Assembly: GCA_037447605.1 (NCBI GenBank)
Contig: CM074804.1
Location: 1,426,001 to 1,490,000, forward strand
Length of the DNA stretch: 64,000 nucleotides
From: Zygnema circumcarinatum SAG 698-1b
Lineage: Eukaryota > Plantae > Zygnematophyceae
Reading direction: 5' to 3'
Below the pieces are notes generated by a model. It saw nothing but the letters and a program-made list of their open reading frames with translations, ran no database searches and was not told where the DNA came from. The position numbers were made by a program, and so were the translations under genes. This document shows, piece by piece, positions 21,983 through 35,009 of this stretch (within the stretch, counting starts at the first letter, position 1; every line of letters starts with the position of its first letter).

Positions 21983-23184
21983 CCTGTAGATACGTGCGTA
22001 TGGGGGGGCATGTCGTGCATGGGGTTCGATGAAGACCCATGAGACCTGCGGATGGGGCCATGCTAGCCTAGCCGTGGGCAGAGCGATTGGATATGGTCTA
22101 AACTGTAGTGTGTCGGGTATGGTTATGGGAATGGGTATGTATGGGTGTGGGTGTTGGAAGGGCAAAGATGCTGCATGCCATGGACCTGGACATATGCCAT
22201 CCACGATGCCATCGTGGGTTTAAGCTATGCATGATATGAAACGCGGAGGGGAGTGACCTTGTGAAGTGTATGGATGGGTGCCTCGGTGCGGTGCATGGCC
22301 ATGGCCGGGGCATGGTCGGAGCACTGCGTCGACACCATAGTGAAAGGGAGGGGTCAATTCGGAATATCGAATGAGTCTGCGAGTTTGTGGATATATCTGG
22401 GTACAGCAGTACAGTTGTGAAACAAATGTGGAGCCGTCCATGCATTCTCACTTGAAGCCGTTCACACAACCAAGCCCATGGTCGTTTTCTGTCAACATTT
22501 GCTCCAAATGAAGGTGCGAACGGAAAACTGGAGATGCGTTTTTTGGTACAGACGTGTGCGGTAGATACTTCTCGAATTGTAGCGCGGTTCAGAACTAAAA
22601 AAAAAAACAGGTGCAGAGGAGAAAGATGCGTGCAGAAGTCGCGACGTTGCAAAGATCACATCCGGCGGACAGTTCGTACAGTTCATATCTTGGTAGATTC
22701 TTCTGATATTGATCAAGATTCGTGCAATCCATCCCAGATTCGAGATATGATTTGTAGTTTGACTTTCAGCAATACAGTACTGTACTTTAGAATCATCCCT
22801 TTGTCATACGCATCACTCCCACAACCCTTCGCGCCCTCCCCCACTTCACTACCGGTAAACCCAACCCCCCCTCCCAGATAGCTTTACTTCGCACGATGAC
22901 CTTTAGACCTCAACCCCAAATCCTAAACCTAAACCCTAAGTCTCTAAACCTAAGCTATTGGACAGCTCATACCTTTCGACCAAATCGTTAAAGTTGAATG
23001 GTTTGCTTCGCCACTGATCTAGACAGCTTTGAGCTTCACGAAAAAAGACGTCCAATGGGTCGTAGGCAGACGACCGTTTGGGCCGTAGGCTGGCGAACGC
23101 AGTGAGCGCCGAGCTCAAACCTACACCTCAAAACCTTAACCCCTAAATCCTAAACCCTAAACCTTAAACCCTGCGCCCCGCACC

Positions 23185-25270
23185 ATGGCCGCCGACGCGT
23201 ACGAGGCGACGGTACTTTGCGCGCTCGCGGACGCGGTGGGCCCCGCGGCCCTCCTCGCCCCCCGCCCTGGCCATGGCCATGGCCCTGGCGGCGCGCAGTA
23301 CCTCCTGGCGGCCCCGCCCGCGCTGGCGCGCCTCGCGCTCGAGCACCGCGCGCGGCCCGGGGCGGCCATGGCGGCCGTCTTCCTGCCGAGCCTGCATCCG
23401 GCGAGAGCGGTAGGGGCCGCGGCTGAGAACCGGAATCCTTAAACCCTACATCCTGAACCCTAATCTAAACCCTAACCCTAACCTGAACTATAAACCCTAA
23501 AGATTAAACTCTAATCCCCTAAATTGTACTCACTGAATCTTGAAGCCTGGGTTAAAGTCTACAGCCCAAACGGTAGACCCTGAACCCTAAATTGGAACCT
23601 TAACTCCTAATTTCCTAACCCTAAACTCTAAACCCTTCAGTTCAAATTCAATCGATTGCAGTCGTCTTCAGTCCACCCCAATTCGAACTCAGTCGATTTC
23701 TGTCATTTGGATTCAGTCGAATCCAGTAGAACTTCAATTCGATTTAGTTCCAATTTAAATGAATTTAGTTTAGATTTACAAGAATTTAAGTTCAAACGTA
23801 GTCTAGTTTAGTCGACTTATGTCAAATTATGATTTTTTTTTTTGCTGGGCCGGGCAGGGCGGGCTGGGGGAGATTTTGCTGCGGCTGGCGAAGGACGGAC
23901 ACGGGCAGGTGGAGGTGATTGGGCCACGTGGCACTATCTCATTCGTCCACGCTCTCCGCCATATCTTCAGGTGGCGCCACCCCAAGGTGAGTCCAATGCG
24001 GCGGGCACAGCTGAAAGAAAAAAATAAGAAAAAAAAAAAAACCCCCGCAAAAGTCAAACTTGACACTTTATCTAAATTGAACTGAATGAAAGATTGAACG
24101 AATCGAAATAAGAGTTAAGATATATGGAAAATTCAGTTCAAACAGGTTACATTTGGAGTCTACATACTTGTAAATAATTCGAAATTTACATTTTTATTCT
24201 TTGTCTTTCAGAAATACTCATACTTTTAAACGATGAAATCTTTCAATTCCCTAAAGCTTAAAAATGCGAAGACCCTGCAGTCCAAAACCCTGAACCCTTA
24301 AAACCCTAAACAACTAAAACTTTCACAAGTCGTTCAACGTATGCATTTTTTTCCCCTATCCTTAATCTTCAAAGTTTAGGATTTTTTTCTAATTTTCTAA
24401 CCCCTTTTTTTTTTTTTTTCAAATCACAGGTCCTCGTCCGTGAGTGTTTCACGGGTTCCATGGAAAACGGAATTCCGTTCTACGAAGATTCACATATAGC
24501 CGTTTTTCCTCTCTCTCAAAATGCGGCTCCTCTCCCGCACTCCTACCACCTCCTCTCTCGTCCCTGCAAAAATATGAACTGCCCGGAAAAAAAAAAATCT
24601 TCTCGGTCAGCTCGGAAGCACCGTACTGAAGAAAAAAATGAAAGCAACAGCAGTGGAGTTTTAGCTAAAATTTTGGTTAACCGTTCAGCTAAAGGTCCGA
24701 CTGAAAGGTGCGGTAATGGAAATAAAAGGAAAAATAATAATGTTGGGGACAGAGGGAGTGTATATGAAAGAGGAAATTCTAAGCGGAAAAAAATGGGCTT
24801 AGCAAGTAATGGAGAAGGAGAAGAAGAAGTGGGAGAGGAGGAGGAGGAGGAAGGAGATGTTGGCAGGGAGGGGCCCAGAAAAGTAAATAATTTTAATATT
24901 TCTTCTACAGAAAAATTGTTCGGTGAACTGGATGTACTTTTTGGGGATAGCTCCGGAGGCGATTTGCGAGACGCGGTATTAAAAAAAATGACAACAGCTC
25001 CGGAAAAGTGTACGGAATCTAACAAATTCCGGAAATTTTCGGACATGGAACGCCGGGATTCCGTAAAAAAGCTGAACGAGTTGCATGAAAAGGGAGCCTC
25101 TTCAAAGAAAAGCGAAGAAAATGCGTTTAGCGAACTCGATAGAATTTTTGCTCAAGGGGATTTGTGGAGGAAAGAGCGCTTAAAGGATATTTTCGGACTA
25201 CTTGAGAAGACGAAGGAGACTGCGGCAGTCAGTTCCGTACTCAGCGACTCAACTGAAACTGAAAGTGAAG

Positions 25271-25309
<39 letters not shown>

Positions 25310-28300
25310 GGAGTGGGAGTAAGAGTGAGAGTGATAGTGGGAGTGGGAGTGAGAGTGGGAGTGAAATGGAGGGCGGTACAAAGAACGTCAGTTTCAGTAA
25401 AACAGTTGAAGAGCAGCAGCATGTCAACGGAACTGAAAGGATGTGTCCTTGTCCATGGAAGCACAGCGATGGGCAGTTTGCGGAAATTTTTCCGGAAGTT
25501 GGCGAGAACGAGAATCCGGTATTTGTGAGGGGGGAAGACGGGCAGATATTAACTGCAGAGTTTTTTTTAGCGTCCCGAAATGAAAAAAAATATAAAGGGG
25601 GAAGTGTTTCGTTTGGCTCCGTAGGGGAGGGGAAATTGGCTTGTAAAGAGGAGATTTTAGGGTTTTTTTTTTTTTTCAAGCAGCTGAATTCCGCTTTACT
25701 TGCAGTCGACTGTCGATCCGTTGATCACATTGAAGAGTTAAACCGGCTTACCGAAAACTGGCAGGTTTTTGAAAAAGACCCTGAAAACCCTAAAAACCCT
25801 AGAAACCCTAAACGCAGTAAGGAGCGGAGAGGAAAATTAGACGTCCTTGGAAATATTTTACATTTTTGTCCTCCGGAGGTTTTTGAGTTACAGGAACATC
25901 GCAGATTTATGGCCAGTTTTGGGGAAACCGTTCAACAGATTTTGGTGCAGCATGGAAACGAGCAGTTAGGGTTTCTGTCAACCCTGAAGTCGAACGCTAT
26001 TTTGAACCTGCTTAGCCCCAGAAATTTTCCGCTGCCCCCCTTTTTGGAGCAGCTGGAAAATGTTTCCGGCTGGGCTGGAGATAGAGTAGCGGCGGTGTGT
26101 GAGAGGGAGATAGGGAAGGGAGAGGGAGGGGGAGAGGGAGAGGGAGAGGGAGGGGGAGAGGGAGGGGGTGAGGGAGTGGGAAAGGAGACGAGGAATTGGC
26201 ATGACGGGAAACTGCTGATGAAAGTTGTGATAAGGAAAGAAAGGGAGAGTGGGGAGAGAGGAGAGGGAGAAGTGTGTGGGAAAGTGGGAGAGGGAGCAGG
26301 GAGAGCAAATAGTGAGAAGGAGAAAGAAGACAGAGGAGAGAGAGGTGAGAGAGAAGGGGAGAGAGCTGAAGGGAGAAGAGAGTGTCTAGGTTCATTGGAT
26401 CTGTCCATGTGTCCTTTAGTACCGAGTGTGAAAGACATTCAAGCAGAGATATTGCAAAACTGTCCCCATTGGATTTCTGAACCTAGGGAAGAAACTTCTT
26501 CCAAGAACATGAGCAGCGCTCAAGCGTTAAGGCAGAAATTATCGTCGAAGAACGGCAAAAAAGAAGAAAATTTTGAAATTATTTTTTTGGGTACTGGATG
26601 CGCGGAACCGAGCAAGCACCGGGCAAGCAGCGCTATTCTTCTCAAATTTCCGAAAATCGGAAATTTTTTGCTTTTGGACGTGGGCGGGGGAACGCTCGGG
26701 CAGCTGAAAAGAAGGTTGGGAGGAGAAGGGGCTAAAAATGTAATTAAAAATTTGGAGGCGATTTGGGTCTCGCACAAACACGCGGATCATGCGAGCGGAC
26801 TGGTCGAGCTCATTATGTCACGTGACGTCACATCGCCGGTTTTGATGGTGGTGGGGCCCACCGTTGTGGGGAGATGGCTGGAGGAGGTGAGATGGGGNNN
26901 NNNNNNNGAGGGAGGGGAGGGAGGGGAGGGAGGGAGGGAGAGCCAGTTTGAAAAATTTGGAGATGGGTTCTTTTTAGGGTTTGTTTTTAAGGGAGTCAAA
27001 CAAGGTTCTGCCGTTAAAAGGTTTAAGCTGTCGTATAAAGAGATGTGTTCATTCGGGGGTTACATTACTTTTACTCAGATATTTTAAACGCAATTAATTT
27101 CGATTCTTGCTCTCACTCCTATGCAGGTGTTTGAGTCCTTTGAACCAACCGGCCTGCAGATTCCTCCCTATAATTTTGTACATTGTGGCCATTTAGAAAA
27201 TATTTGCACCGGCAGCGGGAGAGCGGAAAAATTGCGACTAAGTCCTCGTGACAGGTGGAGGTACGAGAGGCTTCTGAAGGCCCTCAGCTTGGAGAGCTTA
27301 GAGGTGAGTTGCAGTGTGGGGGAGAGAGGGAGAGAGGGAGAGAGGGAGAGAGGGAGAGAGGGAGAGAGGGAGAGAGGGAGAGAGGGAGAGAGGCAGAGAG
27401 GGAGAGAGGGAGAGAGGGAGAGATGCAGAGAGGGAGAGAGGCAGAGAGGGAGAGAGGGAGAGAGGGAGAGAGGAAGAGAGGGAGAGAGGCAGAGAGGCAG
27501 AGAGGGAGAGAGGGAGAGAGGGAGAGAGGGAGAGAGGGAGAGAGGGAGAGAGGAGAGAGATAATGGTGGAAGAGGAGAGAAGGGAAGGGGGGACAGGCAA
27601 ATCTCTTTCTCACACCCTAAAAACGGTAACTGGATGACCAATCACATGTGTTTCTATGCTCAACGGAACTGACAGTCACGTCGCCGTTCCGTTCCGTCAG
27701 GCCGTACGGGCGATCCACTGCGCCGATTCTTGGAGCCTCATCGTGCGGTCGACGCAGGGGTGGAGTTTGTCGTATTCGGGGGACACGCGGCCGAGCAGAG
27801 CGCTCATAGAGGCGGGGAGGGGCTGCACCTTGCTCATACACGAGGCCACGTACATGGATCCGCAGTTTAACGGATTGGCGGAACAGAACCGACATAGCAC
27901 CCTGGAGGAGGCCTTGGCCGTCGGAGAGGCCATGGCGGCGGGAAGGATCATTCTCACTCATTTCAGTCAGCGGCACCGAAATGTGAGCTGGTTGACAAGG
28001 AGTGCTGGACCTCTACCTCACTCTCTCTCTCTCTTCCCTTTCTCCTCCTCCCTCCTCCCCTCTCCCCCCTATCTCCTCCGCCTCTCCCTCCCCTCTCCAA
28101 CTTCCATCTTCCCCTCCCCTCCCATCCCCCTCCGTCTTTCCCTCCCCTGCCCTCTTCCCGTCCCACTCAACTCCCTCGCCCTCTCCCTCACCTTTCCCCC
28201 ATCCCTCTCTCGCATCTCTCTCCCACTCTCTCCCTAACCCTATTAACCTAAAACCTTCAAAGTCCCAAGTATTGTTCCCCCTTGCAATGCTTATTGCGCG

Positions 28301-29123
28301 CGTGTTTTTGATACTTGAGATGCTCCACAGAACCCTAAACGCTTGAAGGCTTCAACGATCACAAGAATCTTCACTTTCTTTTGCCGTTTTCATCATCTCT
28401 ATAATCTCCAACTTGTATGTAATAGTGTTATGTTGCACTCTGAACATCACTTTCAAGGGGGTGATGCAGGCTGACCTTCTCCCCGCCGCATCATCGAAAG
28501 CGTGCGTCACATTTGACGGAATGACAGTTACTGAATCCGACCTTCGAAACCTTCCGGAACTTCTTCCGAAATTGGCAGAAGCTTGGAAGGGAGAGGAGGA
28601 AGCATCAGAAGCGAAGGCAAAGGGTAGAAATGTTGTTTCAAGCAAGGGAGGGGAATTGGGTATAAATGGGGATTGCGTGGAATTGGCAATTGGGGCACAG
28701 CTGGAAGTAGGGGAGAGAGGGCCTCTCTCTCGCAGACCCTCTCTCCCTCTCCCTTCCGTAGCTCTTTGTTGTGAAGAGAGGGAGGGAGAGGAGGGAGGAG
28801 AGGGTGAGGAGGGTGGGAGAGGAGAAGTGGGAGATGAGAGAAACGAAGGCTTTCTCTCTGAGGAACTGAGCTTCACTTCTGATGGAGAAGAGGAGTGTGA
28901 GAGAGAGAGAGAAAATGGTGAGAGGGGCAGGGAAGGAGAAGCTTCACACTTTAAGGAGATAGGAAAGGTTGATCAGAGCAGCACGATTGAAGATAAGCAT
29001 TTTGTTGTGAGAGACATAAAGCTCAGGGTTGGAATGGCGAAGCATATTAGGTTCATAGATTGCAGTAGTGGTAGTGGTAGTGGTAGTGGTAGTGGTAGTG
29101 GGAGTGGGAGTGATGAAGCTTAG
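23185..29123 (+). CDS. Long-form tRNase Z (ELAC2/TRZ-L-like) with large low-complexity insertions (6 exons)
   Basis: N-terminal pseudo-domain ([13 protein letters not shown]...VFL...GGLGEILL...GP). C-terminal [30 protein letters not shown] (HxHxDH), [17 protein letters not shown] and LTHFSQR motifs. Confidence 0.9.
27320..27555. repeat. (GAGAGAGG)n intronic microsatellite
   Basis: Regular 8-mer purine repeat in a tRNase Z intron. Confidence 0.95.
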
Positions 29124-29764
29124 GACGAGAGCTGGGCTTTAGATTGTAGACTTTTTGTTGATGTATAGGGAACATCTTCCTACTGCCCCCCTTGCACCAA
29201 CACATTTGGCCAATTTCCTGTACAAGCTTGAATCAGGTTTGAATGATCTGAAATTACAACGCAGTAGAATCTGAATATGGCTGAATTTGACTGCCTTGAC
29301 TCTTGCACTTGAGCTCGCGTTGACAAAGAGTAGGCTTTGTGCTGAATTTGCCTTGACTTCTTCTTAACCTTCTTTAACATAAAAAAGAATCTCAGAGACA
29401 GACTGAACTTTTGCATCACAAAGAAGTAAAGTGTCACGCCAGGTTCGCACAGTACCGCTTCTAACAAAGCCACAGCCTAAGCTTGTAAGAAATGAATACT
29501 CTAGTTAAAAGGAAAAACTTCCGCAGGCGCGTACGGCTTCTGAGGCTTCCGTGAACTGCAGGAGCGTGACGAATGTCACGCTGTCGGCGGTCGGCCCGAC
29601 AGGTCCAGTGTTCGAACCTTGACGTGTTCGAACCTTTTGGGTGGTGTCCGTACCGGATTGGGGTGTGCACGCACCGACATTCCCGATAGGGCCACAGCAG
29701 TAGTGCTTAAAACCATGTGGGCCCAAAATCCATCCATGCATAGACACCTCTTTAAAAACGCACA

Positions 29765-29975
29765 ACCCTAATTCTATCAAAAGCTCTAAACTCTAATTCT
29801 ATCATGTAATTCTGAACCCTAACCCTAATTCTATCAAAGCTCTGAACCCTAATTCTATTAGGTAACTCTGAACCCTAACCCTAATTCTATCAGGTAACTC
29901 TGAAACCTAACCCTAATTCTATCAAAGCTTTGAACCCTAATTCTATCAGGTGACTCTGAACCCTAACCCTAATTC
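29765..29975. repeat. Telobox-based minisatellite (AACCCTAATTCTATCA core)
   Basis: CCCTAATTCTATCA repeated several times with variable AAGCTCTG/GGTAACTCTG spacers, upstream of the TPR gene. Confidence 0.85.
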
Positions 29976-30313
29976 CAGGCCAATGACGTGAATGAGCTCC
30001 GTCTTCCAAACATCATCATCACATCATCCCATTCACGCGTGAGCAACGCAGAATGGCAGACGTGAGCTGAGGCACTATTCACGGTTTATGGTTTAAGATC
30101 CTGGGGCTTACACTTCAGGGTTAGGATTAAGGTTAGGGGTAAGCGTAAGGGTTCAGGAATTCTTCAGGGTCTGAACTCAGCATCTTATCGTTGAATGTCC
30201 GATTTTTAGGATCGAAATCCACTCCTTAGTTCAGGATTCATCAGTAGTTCAATATCTTTTTTTTTTTTGCTTTTTTTTCATCGAGGGTTTTAGGGTAATG
30301 TTTTAGCGAGCGT

Positions 30314-32024
30314 ATGGGGGGTAAAAGCATGCAGTTCAAGTGGAGCGATGCGGCACGGAAGCGAAAGAAGCTGCAGGCCATGGCCTCCTCCCTGAGGGAG
30401 TCTCCCGATGAGGGAGGCCCTGAACCCTCGGTGGGGGTCAGAGAGACGGAGAGCAGGAGGGAGGAGGGTTCAGGGGCGGCCGCTGGAGAAGGAGAGGATG
30501 GCGAGAAAGAGGAGCGGGAGAGGGTGAAGAGGGCAAAGCAGCTTCAGGAGGATGGAAATGAACTGGCAAAGGTAAGGGACTTGGTTGGGGTTTTAGGGTT
30601 TAGGGTTAAGAATTAGGATGTAAAAAAAGTGAGGGTTTAGGGTTTAAACATAGGGTCAAGGTTTTGGGAGGAAAGCAGTAGGGTTTTGCTGGAAGGGGGG
30701 GTTTAAGAACTCCTTGGAAAAGCTTGAGTTTGAAAACGAAGCCTAACCCTCACCCTAGATAGCCTTAAACCCTATATCCTAACCCTGAAGTTTCTATGTT
30801 CAGGGAAGCACTAAAATGCTTAAATGGTAAGTAGAGTGAACTTTTCCTTTGGTTTCTTTTATCTCTAAAATTCTTCCTCGCAGGAAGGGCGATTTTCTGC
30901 TGCGCTGCAAAAGTGGGAGGGGGCTCTCCGGCTCTCTCCAAAGAACGCAGTTTTGTACGAACAAAGGGCTCAGTTGCACATGGAACTGGGAGACACGTGG
31001 CAGGCTGTTCGAGAAGCTACTCGTAAGGAAAAGAACAAACATAAAGCTAAATGGCACTATTACGATGGGCAGTCAGTTTCATAAAGTTCATCTTTTTTTT
31101 TTTGTGTTAAAAAAAATCTATTATCTGAAGTATATCCTTGGCGGTTATTCCTTGCAGGAGCGACAGAGTTTGATCCGAACTGGCCTGAGGTGAGAGACTC
31201 CAATTCATCCGAATTGTGAATCTAAAGAAATTAAAAAATTGGAAGTAAAACCGAGACTTTCTGCGATACTATTGTAATGTCCAGCTGTCCAGAACTCGCA
31301 TTCCAGTAACTGCTCCATAGATTCTGAATCTCTTACAAATACGGAATGCAATCGCATGGCGAGGGGGCAGGCGTGGGTGACTCTTGCAAGGGCGCAGCTC
31401 AATTTTGGAGAGGCCAAATTAGCCATTGAGAGCTGCCGGACAGCCCTCCGCATATTGGTGGGTTTAGGGTTCAAGGTCTTTAGGGTTTAAGGTTTTTAGG
31501 TTAAGACTCAAAGGGTCGCATTCTAGGGTTCTTGACACTTTTGGGGTCTTCCATTGCTTTGTGTGATATAGAACAGGAGGAAGATCCTTTCTTTCAAGCT
31601 TTGAATCTTGGAAGGCCCTTGAACCCTCAACTCTAGAAAGCCAACTCTATAAGACCCCTAAACCACCCAACCCCTAAAACACCCTGAAGCTGAACCCTAA
31701 AATGGAAAACAAAGATTTTCTTTGCAGCCTCATCATGCAGAAGCCCAGGAGGAGCTTCAGCAGGCTCTGACTCTTGTGGCTAAGCAGAGTGAGAGGGAGG
31801 GGGCGGGAGACGGCCGGTTACGTGCTGCAGTTCTACGGCCGGGAAATAACGGAGAAGCGGTTTCTATGCGAGTGATAGTGAAGGATGGACCCGGTGAGAC
31901 TGAGGGAAGTGCGGGCCTTAACGGTGGTGGGGAAGAACATGGAGCTGGAAATGTCTCAGAGGGAGAGGGAGGAAAAGTGGAGCGAGAGAGAGAGGGAGAG
32001 GGAGAGGGAGAGGGAGGAAGGTAG
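30314..32024 (+). CDS. TTC33-like tetratricopeptide repeat protein (5 exons)
   Basis: MGGKSMQFKW..AKQLQEDGNELAK|EGRFSAALQKWEGALRLSPKNAVLYEQRAQLHMELGDTWQAVREAT|RATEFDPNWPE|AWVTLARAQLNFGEAKLAIESCRTALRIL|PHHAEAQEEL. Three TPR helix pairs. Confidence 0.8.
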
Positions 32025-32795
32025 GAGGGTTCTGAAGGGAGTGACAGAGAGAGCGAGAGGGAGAGAGTGGAGGGGAAGGGGGAAGGGAGAAGGGGAGGTG
32101 CATGTGGAGTCTGTCGTTTTTTTTTAAAGTGTAAAAAGTGTAGTTTTGTACATGTACATAGAGTTGTGTTCTCTGAAGGGAACACCTCCTGATGCTTTTA
32201 TTGCTACAATGGAAGCATGAGACCCTTGAAACCCTAAAAACCCTAAAACAAACTCGACCACCCCAGAATCCCTAAAACCCTAATGTCTGGAAGCCACCAC
32301 GCGAGAGCTCGAGTGTGAGAAATCGGAGACTTGAGATGACATTCTGGAAGGCGAGGTTTGGGGCACACCTGTTCGCTCTCGTACTTGGCGGTCACACAAA
32401 TCGAAATACCAAATTAGGGCAGGGCGGTTTAGGTCTGGAAAGTAACCAAGACCTTCGTGAGGGGATGAGGTGATGAGGTCAATCCTGACTAATAATCGGA
32501 AACTTTTAGTCGTGACTGGACCTTGTTGCAAGGTTTCTGGATTTTCCGGCTGGTTTTTTGGTAAAAACTGGAGCAGCATATTGCAAAACTAGCAAGTTAT
32601 TGTGATGACTACAACTTTTTCCTTCAAGAAGTAGAACTGACTTTTGTTCCAACATCGCACATCAAAGTCATCAACAAATGTTGTGCCATTCATGACATTG
32701 TGTGTCTAAGGCATGAACAAAAATGGGCATGTCAGACTTCAAATTTTGGAAGTACCCACTGAAGAAAAACCTCCCGTTTCGAAATGGCGCCATAA

Positions 32796-33100
32796 GGGGG
32801 AGTCAAACCTTGAACATCGCTTACGAAATTCCCGAATTCCTTATACTAAAAGTCACTTCTTTCGTGTACGAATTCCGGGTCGGGATCCGCGGCTCCGCCG
32901 AACCCAGCCGTGCCGAAATGCGTACCTAGCCAATGCTGAATTCGCCCGACAGGCTTACGAAATTTGATTTGGCGATGGTCAAGGTCTGACCCCACCTTCG
33001 GCGGAGCCGCGGATCCCGACCTGGAATTCGTACACGAAACTTTGACTTTTAGTATACTAAATTCGGGAATTTAGTACGCTCCAGGCTAAGTCTGACCCCC
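32796..33100. mobile_element. ~305-bp foldback / MITE-like inverted-repeat element
   Basis: 43-bp arms 32860-32902 and 32997-33039 pair with 1 mismatch. Looser pairing extends to GGGGGAGTCA (32796) and TGACCCCC (33100). No clear target-site duplication. Confidence 0.55.
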
Positions 33101-33273
33101 TCTATTGCACATGACGGCCATGAACAAAATGTTGGGCCCCTTCGCATGTCAACACGAACAAATGAACATTATCCAAAAGTTTATCCAATTCATGAAACTT
33201 TTCCCAGAACTAGGCCCCTCCGCAGCTCGCTTCTTTCTTGCCCCGAGGAGGCGGCGGGCGGAGAGCTTCCGCC

Positions 33274-35009
33274 ATGGCAGCCATGGCGTCGGCCTCCCTC
33301 TCTGTGGGCGCCGTCGCCTTGAACTGCTATGAGGAGACTTCCCTCTCTCTCTCTCGATCACCCTCTCGCTCTCTTTCCTCGCCTCCCTCCCTCTCCGTAG
33401 CCTCTGCGAGGGATGCGGCTTCTTGGAGATTCCGCGCATCGTCAAGGTGGGAAGAAATTTTAAACGAACTCTTTAATCATAGAAATGTCAGACAACTTGA
33501 ATCATCGAAGCATTTAAGTTAAGCCTTGAAATTTTAAAATAAATCTTGAAATCTCTGAAAGCCTCAGAAAATCCATTCACCTAAAAGCCACCTAACTGTA
33601 CAGGCTCAACCTTCAAGCAGTTCCAGTCATTGCTTCTATAGAAAAGAAATATGGATGTATCCAACCCTAACATTCTCAGCCCTATGTTTATCATAATATT
33701 TACCTAATCTACCTTCGTATATACCTAATATATCCTAATATTTCCCGATGTACTCTAATACTTATACTCTGATATCTCAACCATATATATATGTATATGT
33801 CTCTCGCAATGCAGCATGCGCAGGCGGATGCAGCCCACGTGTCAGAGCGTGGCGGTGGAAGACGTGGAGACGGTGGAGGCGGAGGCTCCTGCAGGGGAGT
33901 CGGCGGTGCTGCCCTTCCGGGTCGGCCATGGCTTCGACCTGCACCGCCTGGAGCCCGGCCTGCCTCTCATCATTGGCGGAGTCAACATTCCTCACGACCG
34001 AGGATGTGAAGCGCATTCAGACGGTAAGGTCGGGACCATTCCAGTCACCATTAAAGGTTATAGGATATTAGTGAAGTCTTTTAAAGCTTATAGCAGGCTG
34101 TTAAAGATTATTGAAAGGAAATTTAGGGCTATTTGGAGGCTGTCGAGGGCTGTTGAAAGCTTCTACCAGCTGTTAAAGCACGGAACGAGAGAGAGAGAGG
34201 GAGAGATTGAGGGAGGGGGAGGAGGGGGATGGAGGAGGGGGATGGAGGGGGGGGGGGGGGGTTCAAGACTATTACAGGCTATTGAAGATTATCGACTTTG
34301 GCATTGTTCAACGTGAGCATGTTTGAAGGAGAGTATCTCTCACAGCTGCTTAGTCGTGCATGCAGGCGATGTGCTCATGCACTGCGTGGTGGATGCCATC
34401 TTGGGAGCTTTAAGTCTACCTGACATCGGTCAACTTTTTCCTGACAACGATCCAAAATGGAAGGGCGCTGCATCCCATGTCTTCATGAGGGAAGCGGTGA
34501 GCGTACCCTTCAAAACCCTAAATTCAAACTTTAATCTGTTTTTGAAGTTCAAATGCTGTCCTAAGCAAAACCTTGGGAACCCTGCAAAACCTCAAGATTA
34601 TGGTAAAGCTGTGCTGCCTGAGCCCCTTTATATACCCTTCAGATCAACTGCGATGTTCAGAGAGGATGCCTTTTCATAACGTAGAGTGTTTTAGTTGAGT
34701 TTGTTTTTGAAATATAAGACCTTCAAGATGTCTTGAAGCTGACTCCTTAGAAACCCTGCATACTTCCTTCTGCAGGTGAAGCGAATGCAAGAGAGAGGGT
34801 ACACGATCGGAAACTTGGACGCAACCATCATCCTGCAGCGGCCCAAGCTGAGCCCCCACAAGGCGGCCATCATCGCCAACCTCTGCGAGCTCCTTCAGGC
34901 CCCGCCCGAAGCCGTCAATGTGAAGGCCAAAACGCACGAGAAGGTCGACAGTCTCGGGGAGAATCGCAGCGTGGCCTGCCACACAGTGGTGCTGCTCATG
35001 CGGAAGTAG
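33274..35009 (+). CDS. ispF: 2-C-methyl-D-erythritol 2,4-cyclodiphosphate synthase, plastid-targeted (4 exons)
   Basis: [79 protein letters not shown]; Ser/Ala-rich transit peptide. Confidence 0.97.

Noticed and set aside
22073-22090. CGTGG-N8-ATTGG in the PEAMT 3' region
   Set aside because: Spacer is 8, not 9, and it is not near a gene start, so it was excluded from the ERSE count.
22936-23118. Minus ORF ...AYDPLDVFFREAQSCLDQWRSKPFNFNDLVER with a possible donor
   Set aside because: No ATG start, no convincing partner exon, and it lies in the tRNase Z promoter region. A tblastn search could rescue it.
29605-29640. Two GTTCGAACC B-box-like motifs (tRNA/SINE?)
   Set aside because: No cloverleaf, no A-box at proper spacing, and no tail or TSD.
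29765-29975. Repeat-spacer look of the telobox minisatellites as a CRISPR-like array
   Set aside because: The 'spacers' are short variants of one another, the context is eukaryotic and no cas genes are present.
32460-32520. TGATGA...CTGA as a C/D snoRNA
   Set aside because: Spacing too short and no terminal stem or identifiable guide.
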